Assembly: GCA_964446575.1 (NCBI GenBank)
Contig: CAYUOX010000075.1
Coordinates: 23,580 to 87,579 of the forward strand
Reading direction: 5' to 3'
Source: an uncultured Anaerolineaceae bacterium
Lineage (GTDB): Bacteria; Chloroflexota; Anaerolineae; Anaerolineales; DRMV01
DNA: 64,000 nt
Shown here: positions 8,756 through 18,394 of the stretch, piece by piece
How positions within the stretch are numbered: the first letter of the stretch is position 1
How the letters are laid out: each line of letters opens with the position of its first letter
Notes under the pieces: model-generated
What the model was told of the DNA's origin: nothing
Database searches by the model: none
Seen by the model: only the letters and a program-made list of their open reading frames with translations
Position numbers and translations under genes: made by a program

Positions 8756-9139
8756 ATGGCCGATCTGGAAAAACTGGTTGAAGAACTCAGCCAACTCACC
8801 GTCATGGAAGCCGCGGAACTTGTCAAGATGCTGGAAGAAAAGTGGGGCGTGTCCGCGGCCGCGCCCGTGGCGGTGGCCGCGGTGGCCGGCGCCCCCGGCG
8901 CGGCGGCTGAAGAGGCCAAAGAAGAGAAGACCGAATTCGATGTGGTGCTCAAAGACACGGGCCCCAAGAAGATTCAGGTCATCAAGGCCATTCGCCAACT
9001 GACCAACCTGGGCCTCAAAGAGGCCAAGCAGGTGGCCGAGACGCCCGGCTCCAAGATCCTCGAGGGCGTGAGCAAGGAAGAGGCCGAGGCGGCCAAGGCC
9101 AAATTGGAAGAGGCCGGCGCGACGGTGGAAATCGTCTAA
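8756..9139 (+). CDS. rplL: 50S ribosomal protein L7/L12
   Basis: [35 protein letters not shown] and LGLKEAK motifs. Confidence 0.98.
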   Translation: MADLEKLVEELSQLTVMEAAELVKMLEEKWGVSAAAPVAVAAVAGAPGAAAEEAKEEKTEFDVVLKDTGPKKIQVIKAIRQLTNLGLKEAKQVAETPGSKILEGVSKEEAEAAKAKLEEAGATVEIV

Positions 9140-9157
9140 GCGGTTCTACGGCAACCC

Positions 9158-9190
9158 GGTGGGCCCGCCTGGCGCGGGCCCATTGCTTTT
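9158..9190 (+). terminator. Intrinsic terminator after rplL
   Basis: GGGCCCGC/GCGGGCCC stem followed by ATTGCTTTT. Confidence 0.6.
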
Positions 9191-9205
9191 CTCGCGGAGG
9201 TCCCC

Positions 9206-9739
9206 ATGCCTGCCCGGCTGATTTTGCTCGTGGGAGGCGCGCGCAGTGGCAAAAGCGCGTTGGCCGTGCGCTGGGCCTATGCCTTAGGCCAAGACCAAGT
9301 GACCTTTCTGGCCACGGCCCGCGCCGAGGACGAGGACATGCGGCAGCGCATCGCCGCGCACCGGGCCCAACGTCCGCCGCTGTGGACGACCATCGAAGCC
9401 CCGCGTCGCGTCGGGCAGGCCCTGGAACAAGTCCACCACCCCGTGGCCGTGCTGGATTGCTTGACCCTCTTGGTCGCCAACGCGTTGATGGACGAAGGAC
9501 CCGCGGCCGTGCAAGCCGAGGTCACCGCCCTGCTGGATGCCTGGCGCTCATGGCAAGGCACCCTGTTGGTGGTCACCAACGAGGTGGGGATGGGCATTGT
9601 CCCAGCGAATGAACTGGCCCGCACGTATCGGGATGTGTTAGGTTGGGCCAACCAGACGGTGCGCGCGGCTTCGGACGCGGCATACTTGGTGGTCGCGGGC
9701 GGCGTGGTGCGTGTGGACGAGCCACCGCGGCAGCCCTGA
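9206..9739 (+). CDS. cobU: Bifunctional adenosylcobinamide kinase / cobinamide-phosphate guanylyltransferase
   Basis: GGARSGKS P-loop, RIAAHRAQRP, LDCLTL and VTNEVGMGIVP motifs. Confidence 0.93.
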   Translation: MPARLILLVGGARSGKSALAVRWAYALGQDQVTFLATARAEDEDMRQRIAAHRAQRPPLWTTIEAPRRVGQALEQVHHPVAVLDCLTLLVANALMDEGPAAVQAEVTALLDAWRSWQGTLLVVTNEVGMGIVPANELARTYRDVLGWANQTVRAASDAAYLVVAGGVVRVDEPPRQP

Positions 9740-9744
9740 GCGAC

Positions 9745-10143
9745 TCAGTCGGGGCAGGGATCGCCCCGCTCCGCGGCAATGGCCCGCCGCAGACGCATGG
9801 CCAAATCGCGCAATTGGGTGAAACTCACCGGCTTGAGCAACACCAAGTCGCTGTCTTCTTGCAATGGGTCGGCCATGTGCGGATTGCCTGTGGCCAAAAT
9901 AACCCGCGTGGCGGCCAGCCGGGGCTCGCGGCGAATATAGGCCAAAATGTCGTCGCCCAAGGCACCGGGCAGGTGCAGATCTAACACGACCAACGCGGGG
10001 GTGTGCTGTTGCAGATAGTCCAGCGCCTCTTGGCCGTCCGAGGCGACGTCCACAGGTGTGAAGCCCGCGGCTTCGACGGCCTTGACGAAAATTTCGGTCT
10101 GAAACACATCGTCTTCCACGATGAGGGCCGAGTAAGTGCTCAT
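9745..10143 (-). CDS. Stand-alone receiver-domain response regulator (CheY-like)
   Basis: LIVEDD, VVLDLHLP (phospho-Asp), ILATG and LLKP motifs. Start overlaps the kinase stop. Confidence 0.9.
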   Translation of the reverse strand: MSTYSALIVEDDVFQTEIFVKAVEAAGFTPVDVASDGQEALDYLQQHTPALVVLDLHLPGALGDDILAYIRREPRLAATRVILATGNPHMADPLQEDSDLVLLKPVSFTQLRDLAMRLRRAIAAERGDPCPD

Positions 10144-12314
10144 CTTTCGGTTACCTCCTGCGGCGACGAGGGATGGACCGCCTCCGCGGTGGGGCTCGGT
10201 GGCATGGTGTCGGCATCCGCGAAGATGACCGTGAAGACCGAGCCTTTGCCTTCTTCGCTCCACACCTCGATTCGGCCGTTCATGCGCTCCACCAAGGAGC
10301 GCACAATGTAGAGCCCCAACCCCAAGCCCGGCGCGCCCGACATTTTCACATGGCTGCGGGTGTAGAAGGGGTCGAAAATGCGTCGCCGCTCTTCTTCGCC
10401 CATGCCCACGCCCGTATCACTGACGGCCACGGCCCAATGGGCGTCATCCACCCGATGCACCCGAATGGTCACCCCACCCTCTTTGGTGAACTTCAGCGCA
10501 TTGCTAACCAAGTTGGTGATCACGCTGCGCAGCAAGCGCGGGTCCATATACACCTTTTCCGGCGCGTCGGGGTCCATGTGGACCTCCAGGCTCAGGCCTC
10601 GCTTCTGGGCCAGCACCCACAAGCCTTCGCGCACGGTGGACAGCAATTTGCGCAGCGGCACGATCTTGCGCTCGATCTTGAGCGAGTCAGACTCCATTTC
10701 CGCGTGCAACAGCAGCATGGCGATCAGTTCGCGCATATAATGCGCGGACGAGAGGATGGCGTCCAAACGCTCCTTTTGCTCCTCGTTCAGCGGCCCGAAC
10801 ACGCCCTGCTGCAGCATATCGGTATAGCCCACGATCGCGCCCAGGGGCGTGCGCAAGTCGTGGCTAATGGTGGCCAGCAAAGCCGACTTGAACGCCAAGG
10901 CTTGCTCGGCTTGGGCCTTGGCCTCCTTGAGTTCTCGAATCAACCGCTTGCGCTCGGTCACATCTTGCTTGACCGCGATGAAGTGGGTGATGCGCCCGTC
11001 TTGATCACGCACGGGCGCGATGGTTTGCTCTTCATAGTAGAGGCTACCATCTTTGCGGCGGTTGATGAACTCGCCATGCCATACTTGGCCTGCTTTGATG
11101 GTGCGCCACAACTCCTCATAAAAGGCGTCGTCGTGATAACCCGAGCGCAACAGCCGCGGCGTCTGCCCAATGGCTTCTTCAGGGCTATAACCCGTAGTGC
11201 GTGAAAAAGCCGGGTTCACATACTCGATCACGCCTTGGGCATCGGTAATCACAATGCCGTGCGCGCTGTGCTCGATGGCGCGCCACAGTTTGCGCAGTTC
11301 TTCTTCGGCTTTTTTGCGGGCTGTAATGTCCAAACTGTATTCGATCATGAAGCGCACCTCACCCCGCTCGTCCAAAATGGGGTAGCCGTGCACTTCGACA
11401 TAATAAGGACGCCCCTCCGGGGTAAAGTGAATGTGCTCCACCGTAAACGGCTCTTTGTGGGCCTTGACGTATTGCAGCGGGCAAGGATGCTCCAGGCCAT
11501 CGCACGGGCTGGTGCGCCGGTGCGTGAGCGCGTAGCACGTGCTGACCTGCTGCTCGATGCCCAACTCGCGCGCCCGGTGGTTGGCCAAGACCACCTCGTA
11601 AGTCTGCGCGTCAATGACGTAGAAGGGCGCATCCACCGAGTTGATGACCGTTTGCAGAAAGTCGCGCTGCTCGGTAAGCGCGTTTTGCAAACTCAGCAGC
11701 CGTTGCCAGTGGCGCTTTTGGATGGCCGCCATGAGCCAAATCGGCCCGCCAATGCCCCACAGCAGGCCATACAGCAGCGCGACTTCTTTCGCGGGCACAT
11801 GCAACACCCGCGGAATCCACCACACACTATGGATGATGAACAAGATGCCCACCAAATCCCACAGCGTGGGCAGCAACATCGCGGCCAACAGCAAGGGGAA
11901 GATCAGCCAAATCAGTTGCGCGAGGATGATGTAGCGCGCGGGCGTCACCAGCATGGTGATCGCGGTGTGGGGCTGAGACCACGTAGCGTAGAAGAACAGA
12001 TGCGGCAGCGCGGTCAGACCAACGACGCTGCTCAAACCAGCCCACAAGAAATATCGGGTGCGGCTCAGAAAATACAACGCCACCAACAAGGGCATGACAT
12101 ACAGCAAGTGGGTCAGCGGGAAAGACTGCCCCGACATCACCCACCACACGAACTCGGCAATGAACGCGGCAATCCAAATGAGCAGGCTGGCCGAGGTCAG
12201 TCGCGCCTGCAGTTGCTGCTCGTTGTTCGGCACATCGGCCGCGGGTCGAGTCAGGATATCGGCCAGCCGGACGATACCATCCACACCTCGCCGTACCCAG
12301 CGGAACACGCCCAT
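10140..12314 (-). CDS. Membrane sensor histidine kinase with two PAS domains
   Basis: N-terminal TM region, two PAS/PAC domains, H-box ISHDLRTPL, N-box NLVSNALKFT, DTGVGM and GLGLGL. Confidence 0.93.
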   Translation of the reverse strand: MGVFRWVRRGVDGIVRLADILTRPAADVPNNEQQLQARLTSASLLIWIAAFIAEFVWWVMSGQSFPLTHLLYVMPLLVALYFLSRTRYFLWAGLSSVVGLTALPHLFFYATWSQPHTAITMLVTPARYIILAQLIWLIFPLLLAAMLLPTLWDLVGILFIIHSVWWIPRVLHVPAKEVALLYGLLWGIGGPIWLMAAIQKRHWQRLLSLQNALTEQRDFLQTVINSVDAPFYVIDAQTYEVVLANHRARELGIEQQVSTCYALTHRRTSPCDGLEHPCPLQYVKAHKEPFTVEHIHFTPEGRPYYVEVHGYPILDERGEVRFMIEYSLDITARKKAEEELRKLWRAIEHSAHGIVITDAQGVIEYVNPAFSRTTGYSPEEAIGQTPRLLRSGYHDDAFYEELWRTIKAGQVWHGEFINRRKDGSLYYEEQTIAPVRDQDGRITHFIAVKQDVTERKRLIRELKEAKAQAEQALAFKSALLATISHDLRTPLGAIVGYTDMLQQGVFGPLNEEQKERLDAILSSAHYMRELIAMLLLHAEMESDSLKIERKIVPLRKLLSTVREGLWVLAQKRGLSLEVHMDPDAPEKVYMDPRLLRSVITNLVSNALKFTKEGGVTIRVHRVDDAHWAVAVSDTGVGMGEEERRRIFDPFYTRSHVKMSGAPGLGLGLYIVRSLVERMNGRIEVWSEEGKGSVFTVIFADADTMPPSPTAEAVHPSSPQEVTER

Positions 12315-12323
12315 GAACGCCTC

Positions 12324-13007
12324 CTACGCGACATCCGGCTTAGCGTCGTCGGAAATGTCCAATTCCACCATTTCGCCGGTGACCGTGAAAATGGTGCGCT
12401 CGCAGATGTTGGTCACCCGATCTGCGAAGCGTTCGATGTTGTGCGCGGCCCAGATCAAGAAATTGGCCTGGTCGATGGTCTGGGGCCGCTGCAGCATGAT
12501 GGCGATGAGTTCTCGATAAATCTGATTGTAAAGTTGATCGACCAGATCATCCTCGCGCGGGATGCGCCGCGCGGCCTCCACGTCCCCTTCCAAAAACGCG
12601 GTCAAAGCGCGCTGCAGCATGTCGGTGGCCAAGTCGGTCATGCGGGGCAAATCGATCAGCGGCTTGATCAAAGGCTGGTGCCCCAGAAGCAACGTGATTT
12701 TGGCAATGCCCTTGGCGTAGTCGCCCATGCGCTCCAGTTCGCCCGCGATGTCAAGCACCGAAGCCAAAAAACGCAAATCGTGCGCCATGGGCTGCTGCGT
12801 CGCAATGGTGATCAGCGCCTGTTGCTCAATGGCGTACCGCTTGGCATTGATGACCTGGTCATGGTCATAGACGCGCCGCGCCGCGTCTAAGTCCTGCCGT
12901 TTCAACGCGTCCATCGCGTTTTGGGCGGCCTGCACCACCCAAGCGCCCAAATCTTGCAACTCTGAGCGCAGTTCGCGCAAGTGCGTTTCCAGGGTTTTGC
13001 GGGTCAT
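12324..13007 (-). CDS. phoU: Phosphate signalling complex protein PhoU
   Basis: QQPMAHDLR, ELERMGDYAKGIA and HNIERFADRVTNICE motifs. Confidence 0.95.
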   Translation of the reverse strand: MTRKTLETHLRELRSELQDLGAWVVQAAQNAMDALKRQDLDAARRVYDHDQVINAKRYAIEQQALITIATQQPMAHDLRFLASVLDIAGELERMGDYAKGIAKITLLLGHQPLIKPLIDLPRMTDLATDMLQRALTAFLEGDVEAARRIPREDDLVDQLYNQIYRELIAIMLQRPQTIDQANFLIWAAHNIERFADRVTNICERTIFTVTGEMVELDISDDAKPDVA

Positions 13008-13147
13008 GAGGACTACCTCCCAGCAGGCCGGCCCCACACGAACCAAATCCTAAGGGCTCGCGCGGCAAGCGAAACCGGGCGAGATTTCCCCTCCATTATA
13101 ACGGCAAAGCGCGGGCGTGACATACGCAATTTTCAGAGGATTTGAAC

Positions 13148-13984
13148 TTAGGGCCCCGCTTTGGCGTCATCGGCCGCGCGAGCGCGCGCATTACGGCGGG
13201 CGCGCGCGGTTTCCAGCGCGGCCATCAGCGCGGCCTCGGGCAACCGCGCAGTGCCGGGGTATTGCCAATGCAGCAAGAACTCGACGTTGCCCTTGGGGCC
13301 CAGCACGGGCGAAACCCGCAGCCCGCGCGCGGCATAACCTTGCGCATAAGCCGCGGTCAACACGGCCTCCAACGCCGCGCGCCACAGCGCGGGATCGCGA
13401 ATAACGCCTTTGCCCTTGGCCGCGGCCCGCCGACCGACTTCAAATTGCGGCTTGATCAGTGCGATGCCCTCGCCTCCGCGCGGGCCCAGCCATCCTTTCA
13501 GCACCGGCCACAACTTGGTCAACGAGATGAACGAGACATCGGTAGTGATCAGCGACACGGGTTCGGGCAAGCGCTCCAAGTAGCGCGCGTTGACGCCTTC
13601 CATGACCACCACCCGGGGGTCTTGGCGCAACTTCCAGTGCAGTTGCCCGCGCCCTACATCGATCGCGTACACCCGCCGCGCGCCGTGTTGCAGCAAGCAG
13701 TCGGTGAATCCGCCCGTGGACGCGCCCACGTCCGCGGCCACAACATCGCGCACCTCCACCGGGAAGGCCTCCAAGGCCGCGGCCAGTTTTTCGCCCCCGC
13801 GCGAGACAAAGCGCGGCGGTGCGATCAACTCCAGCCGTGCCTCGGGCGCCAACAGCGTGCCGGGCTTGACCACGATCTGCCCATCGGCCCGCACGCGGCC
13901 GGCTTGAATCAAACGCCGCGCCTGCGCGCGCGTGGGCACCAAGCCCTGTTGCACCAAAAGTTGGTCGGCTCGTATTTTGGCCAT
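13148..13984 (-). CDS. tlyA: TlyA family rRNA 2'-O-methyltransferase
   Basis: S4 domain (RADQLL..TRAQA), FVSRGGEKL, DVGASTGGFTDCLLQHGA and LIKPQFE motifs. Confidence 0.95.
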   Translation of the reverse strand: MAKIRADQLLVQQGLVPTRAQARRLIQAGRVRADGQIVVKPGTLLAPEARLELIAPPRFVSRGGEKLAAALEAFPVEVRDVVAADVGASTGGFTDCLLQHGARRVYAIDVGRGQLHWKLRQDPRVVVMEGVNARYLERLPEPVSLITTDVSFISLTKLWPVLKGWLGPRGGEGIALIKPQFEVGRRAAAKGKGVIRDPALWRAALEAVLTAAYAQGYAARGLRVSPVLGPKGNVEFLLHWQYPGTARLPEAALMAALETARARRNARARAADDAKAGP

Positions 13985-14075
13985 CGTCGCTCCCTCGGGC
14001 CGTCGCGCGGGCCCAACCACGGGGCCTCGCCGCGCGGCGGCCCCCGGCCACCACCGGAGATGGCATCCCCCACCC

Positions 14076-15134
14076 TCAAGGGCCAGGGGTGGGTAGCGGC
14101 ACATCGGCCGACACCGCGCAGCGAAAGCCCAAATTGACATTCCAATAGGTTGGAATGGACCGATAACGCACCGAAGCGCGCAACCACCAGATGCCATTGC
14201 TCCAGGTGCCGCCGCGCCACACCCGCTCCGCGTAGACCTCAGGGTCTTCGCGGCCGTCGTCGGGATCGTAGGGATAGGGCATGACGATGGTGCTGGTCCA
14301 TTCCCAAACGTTGCCGGCCATGTCCATCACGCCATAGGGGCTGGCCCCCGCGGGGTAACTGCCCACCGGCGCGGTGTCCGCGTAGCCGTCGTCGTACAGG
14401 CCGTTGGCCAAGGCCTGCCGCGGGCAACGGCGGTCGCAAAAGTTGGCACGGGTGCCGTCGATGGGGTCGTTGCCCCACGGATATTTGCGGCCATCGGTGC
14501 CCCGAGCCGCCTTTTCCCACTCGGCTTCGGTGGGCAAACGCCGCCCAGCCCACTCGCAGTAAGTTTTGGCCATGTACCAACTGACCCAAATAACAGGATA
14601 ATCGGCATACTCGGGATTGTCAAAGTAATGCTCGCGCGTCTCGGAACTGTTCAAGTGCAAGGGCGGGCACACCCCCGCGTTCAAGCACTGGGCATATTGG
14701 GCATTGGTGACCTCATATTTGTCGATCCAAAAGGCGTCGGTATACGCGGTGTGTTGTGGCACCTCCGGATAGGCTCGTCCGCCGGCTTCGCTGCGCTTGG
14801 CTTCGATGTCTTCAGAGCCCATGATGAACGCGCCCGCGGGCACATACACCTGCACCATGCCGTCAACGGGCCAAACGCGGGTCGCGCCGGGTTCGGGTTC
14901 GGGGGGTGGGACCGTGGCTGTGGGTGGGGCCGGGGTCGGGCTGGGCGGGGGAAGGGTAGAGGTCGGCGATGGGATGGGTGAGGGTGTCAACGAAGCCGTA
15001 GGAGACGGGACGGTCGCGGTCGGCGGAGCCGAGGTCGCGGTGGCCCTGGGGGGCGGTGCCCCCGCACTACAGGCGGCCAACAACACGGCCAAAAGCAGCG
15101 CCGCCGCCAGCCAGGTCAAACGAGATGCGGACAT
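14076..15134 (-). CDS. Lipoprotein with formylglycine-generating-enzyme (SUMF1/FGE-sulfatase) fold domain
   Basis: Lipobox LLAAC, Pro/Thr linker, FWIDKYEVTNAQY, RLPTEAEWEKAARG, DMAGNVWEW and LGFRCA motifs. Confidence 0.9.
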   Translation of the reverse strand: MSASRLTWLAAALLLAVLLAACSAGAPPPRATATSAPPTATVPSPTASLTPSPIPSPTSTLPPPSPTPAPPTATVPPPEPEPGATRVWPVDGMVQVYVPAGAFIMGSEDIEAKRSEAGGRAYPEVPQHTAYTDAFWIDKYEVTNAQYAQCLNAGVCPPLHLNSSETREHYFDNPEYADYPVIWVSWYMAKTYCEWAGRRLPTEAEWEKAARGTDGRKYPWGNDPIDGTRANFCDRRCPRQALANGLYDDGYADTAPVGSYPAGASPYGVMDMAGNVWEWTSTIVMPYPYDPDDGREDPEVYAERVWRGGTWSNGIWWLRASVRYRSIPTYWNVNLGFRCAVSADVPLPTPGP

Positions 15135-15518
15135 AAGCCCACTCCTGCATCCAAAGTACCGGCCTTGGCGGTCGGCCGCTTGATATTATACCAGAATGAG
15201 AAAGGGGCATAACAAAGTCTTGCGCGCGAGGCCGCCCCTGGCCGCGACATCGCACGCCGCACGGGCCGAACGCGAGCCGCGAGGCTGGCGCGCATCATCC
15301 CTGGGACCCGCGCGCTCAGGCCCGCCCAGGCCCAAGGTGGGGCTGCTCGTCCGCGGGGCCAGCCGGGCCACCGCGCGCGCCGAGCGCGCGGGCGAAGATC
15401 GCGCGCCGAAAGCCGCTGCGGCCGCGAGGCCACCGCCACTGCCACTTGGCCCACGGCCGCGCGGTCACCTCACCGCGGCGGGGAAGCCGCGCGCTCGCGC
15501 GGCCAGGTCATGCGGGGG

Positions 15519-16169
15519 TCATGCGGGTGCGTTCGCTCGCGGCACCAGCACGGCCCGCGCGGGGGCGCCCTCGGCCTCGGGGATGTTCAGCGGCAGGCAA
15601 TACAGCGTATAGGGGCCGGGCACGGCCCGGTCCAACCGTAAGCCCTCGAGGATGACCACGCCAGCCTGCAACAGAACCCGGTGCGTGGGCGTCGGGTCCG
15701 CGTAGGGTGCGATGGACAGATAATCAATGCCCACTAAGCGCACGCCTTGGGCCACCAAGAACGCCGCGGCGTCGGGCAGAAGGGCCACATAGTCTTCTCG
15801 AAAGCGGGTGTGCCCTTGGGCCCACCATTGGCTGTTGCGGGTCTTGAGCAGCACCCGGGTCACCGTGGCCTCGGGCCAAGCCGCTTCCAGCGCGGGCCGG
15901 TCGATCTGCGCCACCTGGGTCAGGTCCAACACCCAGGCCGGCCCCAAGCACGCGTCCAGGTCCACCTGGGCCACGGTGCGGCCATCGTTGAGAAAGTGGT
16001 CGGGGGCGTCGATGTGCGTGCCAATGTGCACCGTGCCGCTCAGGCGGCTGACATTGGCGGCCGCGCCTTGGTCCATAAAGACAAACCGCTCCACCACCAA
16101 AGGCGGGTCGCCAGGCCACACGGGCAATTGGGACGACAAAGGCAAGGAGATGTCGATATAGCCGCTCAT
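15519..16169 (-). CDS. Cyclase / kynurenine formamidase (KynB-like) family metallohydrolase
   Basis: HIGTHIDAPDH metal motif, VGIDYLS, ILEGL and GAPARAVL motifs. Confidence 0.9.
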   Translation of the reverse strand: MSGYIDISLPLSSQLPVWPGDPPLVVERFVFMDQGAAANVSRLSGTVHIGTHIDAPDHFLNDGRTVAQVDLDACLGPAWVLDLTQVAQIDRPALEAAWPEATVTRVLLKTRNSQWWAQGHTRFREDYVALLPDAAAFLVAQGVRLVGIDYLSIAPYADPTPTHRVLLQAGVVILEGLRLDRAVPGPYTLYCLPLNIPEAEGAPARAVLVPRANAPA

Positions 16170-17251
16170 GGTTGGCCCTCCGTGGCAGGGGGTGCGCTTC
16201 GGTCAGGCGCGGGGCGCCGAGCGCGGTTGGCTGCCGCGCGCTCGGTCGCCGGAGGGGGCGCAGCCACGGCGTCGACCCACGTATGGACATTGAACCAGCC
16301 GTGCCGGGCCGCCACAGCCGGCACCGCGGCCCGCTTGCGGCGCAAATACCAACGCCCCACGGCCGAAAGCCCCAGCCCGGCCAACAGCGCATACAGCGCG
16401 CGATGCGCCTCGCGAGCCGCGACGCGCGGATGCCACGCCCAAGCCCGCAGATAGTGCGCCAGCGCGCGCCAGGGGTGCCCGCCGTCCAACAAATAGCGGG
16501 CCGAAAAGCGATAGGCCGCAGCCCACACCGCGCGGCGCCGCGACGCGTACTCAGCCGCGTAGGCTGGGTCCTGACTCAGCCAGCGCGCCAAGCGCAAGGC
16601 TTCCGCGCCGAAGCCGGCGGCCTGGGCCAGGTTCTTGGCCTGCGGATGGTAACGGGCAAAGGCCCACACCTGAGGCACATACACCGGTGGCCCGGCCGCG
16701 CGCGCCAAGCGCAGCCAGAGATGGTGGTCCATCAAATAGCGAAACGAAGGGTCCACCCCGCCGACGCGCGCATACCACGTGCGGCGGAAGAACACCGCGG
16801 GCTGGGGCAAAATGTGCAAGGTCATCAGTTCAGCCAGGCCCCACGGCCCGCCGCGATGATGGTGAAAAGGGCGCCCTGTCGCGTCCACCGACAGCGCGTC
16901 GCCTACCACCCAGCCCGCGTCGGGGTGCTGCAGCAGCGCCCGCACCGCGGCCGCGATGGCGCCGGGCGCGTACATGTCGTCGGAGTTCAGCCAAGCCAAA
17001 ATCTCGCCGCGGGCCCGCGCGAAGCCCTTCCGCAAGGCATCGGCCTGCCCCGCGTCGGGTTCCGACACCCACCACGCTAACCGATCCGCGTAACGCCGCA
17101 GCAGATCCACGCTGCCGTCGGTCGAGCCCCCATCCACGACAATGTATTCCACGCGCGGGTAATCTTGACCCAGAACCGAACGCAGCGTGTACTCCAGATA
17201 CGCGGCCTGATTGTACGACGGCGTGACCACGCTCACCAAGGGAACGCTCAT
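16166..17251 (-). CDS. Glycosyltransferase family 2
   Basis: VSVVTPSYNQ, VVDGGSTDGS and WLNSDD motifs. True start at ATG 17251; the ORF-track extension to 18265 is spurious. Confidence 0.92.
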   Translation of the reverse strand: MSVPLVSVVTPSYNQAAYLEYTLRSVLGQDYPRVEYIVVDGGSTDGSVDLLRRYADRLAWWVSEPDAGQADALRKGFARARGEILAWLNSDDMYAPGAIAAAVRALLQHPDAGWVVGDALSVDATGRPFHHHRGGPWGLAELMTLHILPQPAVFFRRTWYARVGGVDPSFRYLMDHHLWLRLARAAGPPVYVPQVWAFARYHPQAKNLAQAAGFGAEALRLARWLSQDPAYAAEYASRRRAVWAAAYRFSARYLLDGGHPWRALAHYLRAWAWHPRVAAREAHRALYALLAGLGLSAVGRWYLRRKRAAVPAVAARHGWFNVHTWVDAVAAPPPATERAAANRARRPAPDRSAPPATEGQP

Positions 17252-17437
17252 GGCCTCATTGTACCCCGAAGCCCGGCCCTGAGGGAAGCGCCCGGCCCCA
17301 TCGGAGATGGATCCCCCAAGCCCCCAGCCGGATGCCACGGCCGCGCGGATGTCCCATTCCTCACTTGTCGCGCGCTTTGGGCATACGATACGATGAAAAT
17401 GAACGGGCAGCGCGTATCTCTCCACAGGAGGTTGACC

Positions 17438-18127
17438 ATGGCGAAAGTGACGCGCGGCATCGCGCTGATTTTGCTGGGGCTCACGGTCATCATGACCGTT
17501 TTGGGCGCGGTGGGGTCGATTTGCATTTCGTGGTTTCCCGAGCAATACGACTTCCCCGCGCTGGTGCCTTACAAGCCAGTGTACCAAACCGCGACCATCT
17601 TCACCTTTGTCGCCGGGGGGCTGGGGCTGACCGCGCTGATCGGCTGGCTGCGGGGCAAACCTTGGGCCTATCGCCTGGCCTTGGCCGCGTTGGTGCTGGG
17701 CCTGCTGACCGCGGGCACCAAGATGTTCTTCTCGGCGCGGCTGCGGGGCAGCACCGCGCCCACCAACATGCGCTTTTACCTGACCATCGTCACCTTGGTG
17801 GCCTGGCTGCTTTGGGGTCGTCGGGTCCCATCTGGGGGGAACGGCTCCGCGGCCGGCCCGGCTTCGGGTTCGGGCTCCGCGGCCGGTGTGACCCTGCTGC
17901 TCATCCTGGGCGGCCTGCTGGTGTGGGGCACGCCCTGGTGGGCCGGACCCAGCCACTGGATTCGCGGCTACAACTGGGTGCGCGTGCTGGAACCCCACCT
18001 GTGGGCTGCGGGCGGGCTCATGTTGGCCGCGGCCGCGTGGCGCGTGGGGCGGGGGTTGCGGGTCGGACAGTGGGCGCCGCGCGCTCGCGCGTGGGCGCTG
18101 GCCCCAGTGCGCCGCGCGCGCGACTGA
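17438..18127 (+). CDS. Hypothetical membrane protein
   Basis: AGGAGGT RBS and about six hydrophobic helices. No family recognised. Confidence 0.65.
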   Translation: MAKVTRGIALILLGLTVIMTVLGAVGSICISWFPEQYDFPALVPYKPVYQTATIFTFVAGGLGLTALIGWLRGKPWAYRLALAALVLGLLTAGTKMFFSARLRGSTAPTNMRFYLTIVTLVAWLLWGRRVPSGGNGSAAGPASGSGSAAGVTLLLILGGLLVWGTPWWAGPSHWIRGYNWVRVLEPHLWAAGGLMLAAAAWRVGRGLRVGQWAPRARAWALAPVRRARD

Positions 18128-18394
18128 ACCACGCGCGGCGTGCGCCCGCGTCGCGACCTTGACGGGCGAGGCCACGCCATGAGTGCCCGGCCCGCCCGGC
18201 GCCATGCGTGCCCCGAGGGCAGGCAAGACCTCGGCCCCAAAGGGCAACAATGCCCGTTGGTGCACAGCCCCGGGCCGTGAGACAAGCGCGGGTTCACCAG
18301 CCTCGCGCCTTGGCCCACCCGGCGCGGTTCATCCCTGGTATAATCTACGAAGCGAGCCGCTCCCTGCTGCATCCCCCGGAGCCGAGGTGGGGCC

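Noticed and set aside
10173-12890. Long plus-strand ORFs (343 aa, 551 aa) and similar ones at 20487-22343, 39057-40709, 43772-45250 and 56971-58302
   Set aside because: These are antisense shadows of well-supported genes, expected from stop-codon scarcity at high GC. They have no motifs or RBS.
14076-14230. FGE/C-type-lectin-fold C-terminus as a possible diversity-generating retroelement target
   Set aside because: I saw no reverse transcriptase and no near-identical template repeat in the window. FGE-fold lipoproteins are common without DGRs.
17252-18265. 699-aa ORF-track call extending the GT2 upstream
   Set aside because: The extension is a low-complexity Arg/Pro/Ala shadow opposite the real plus-strand membrane gene. 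The GT2 homology starts at ATG 17251.
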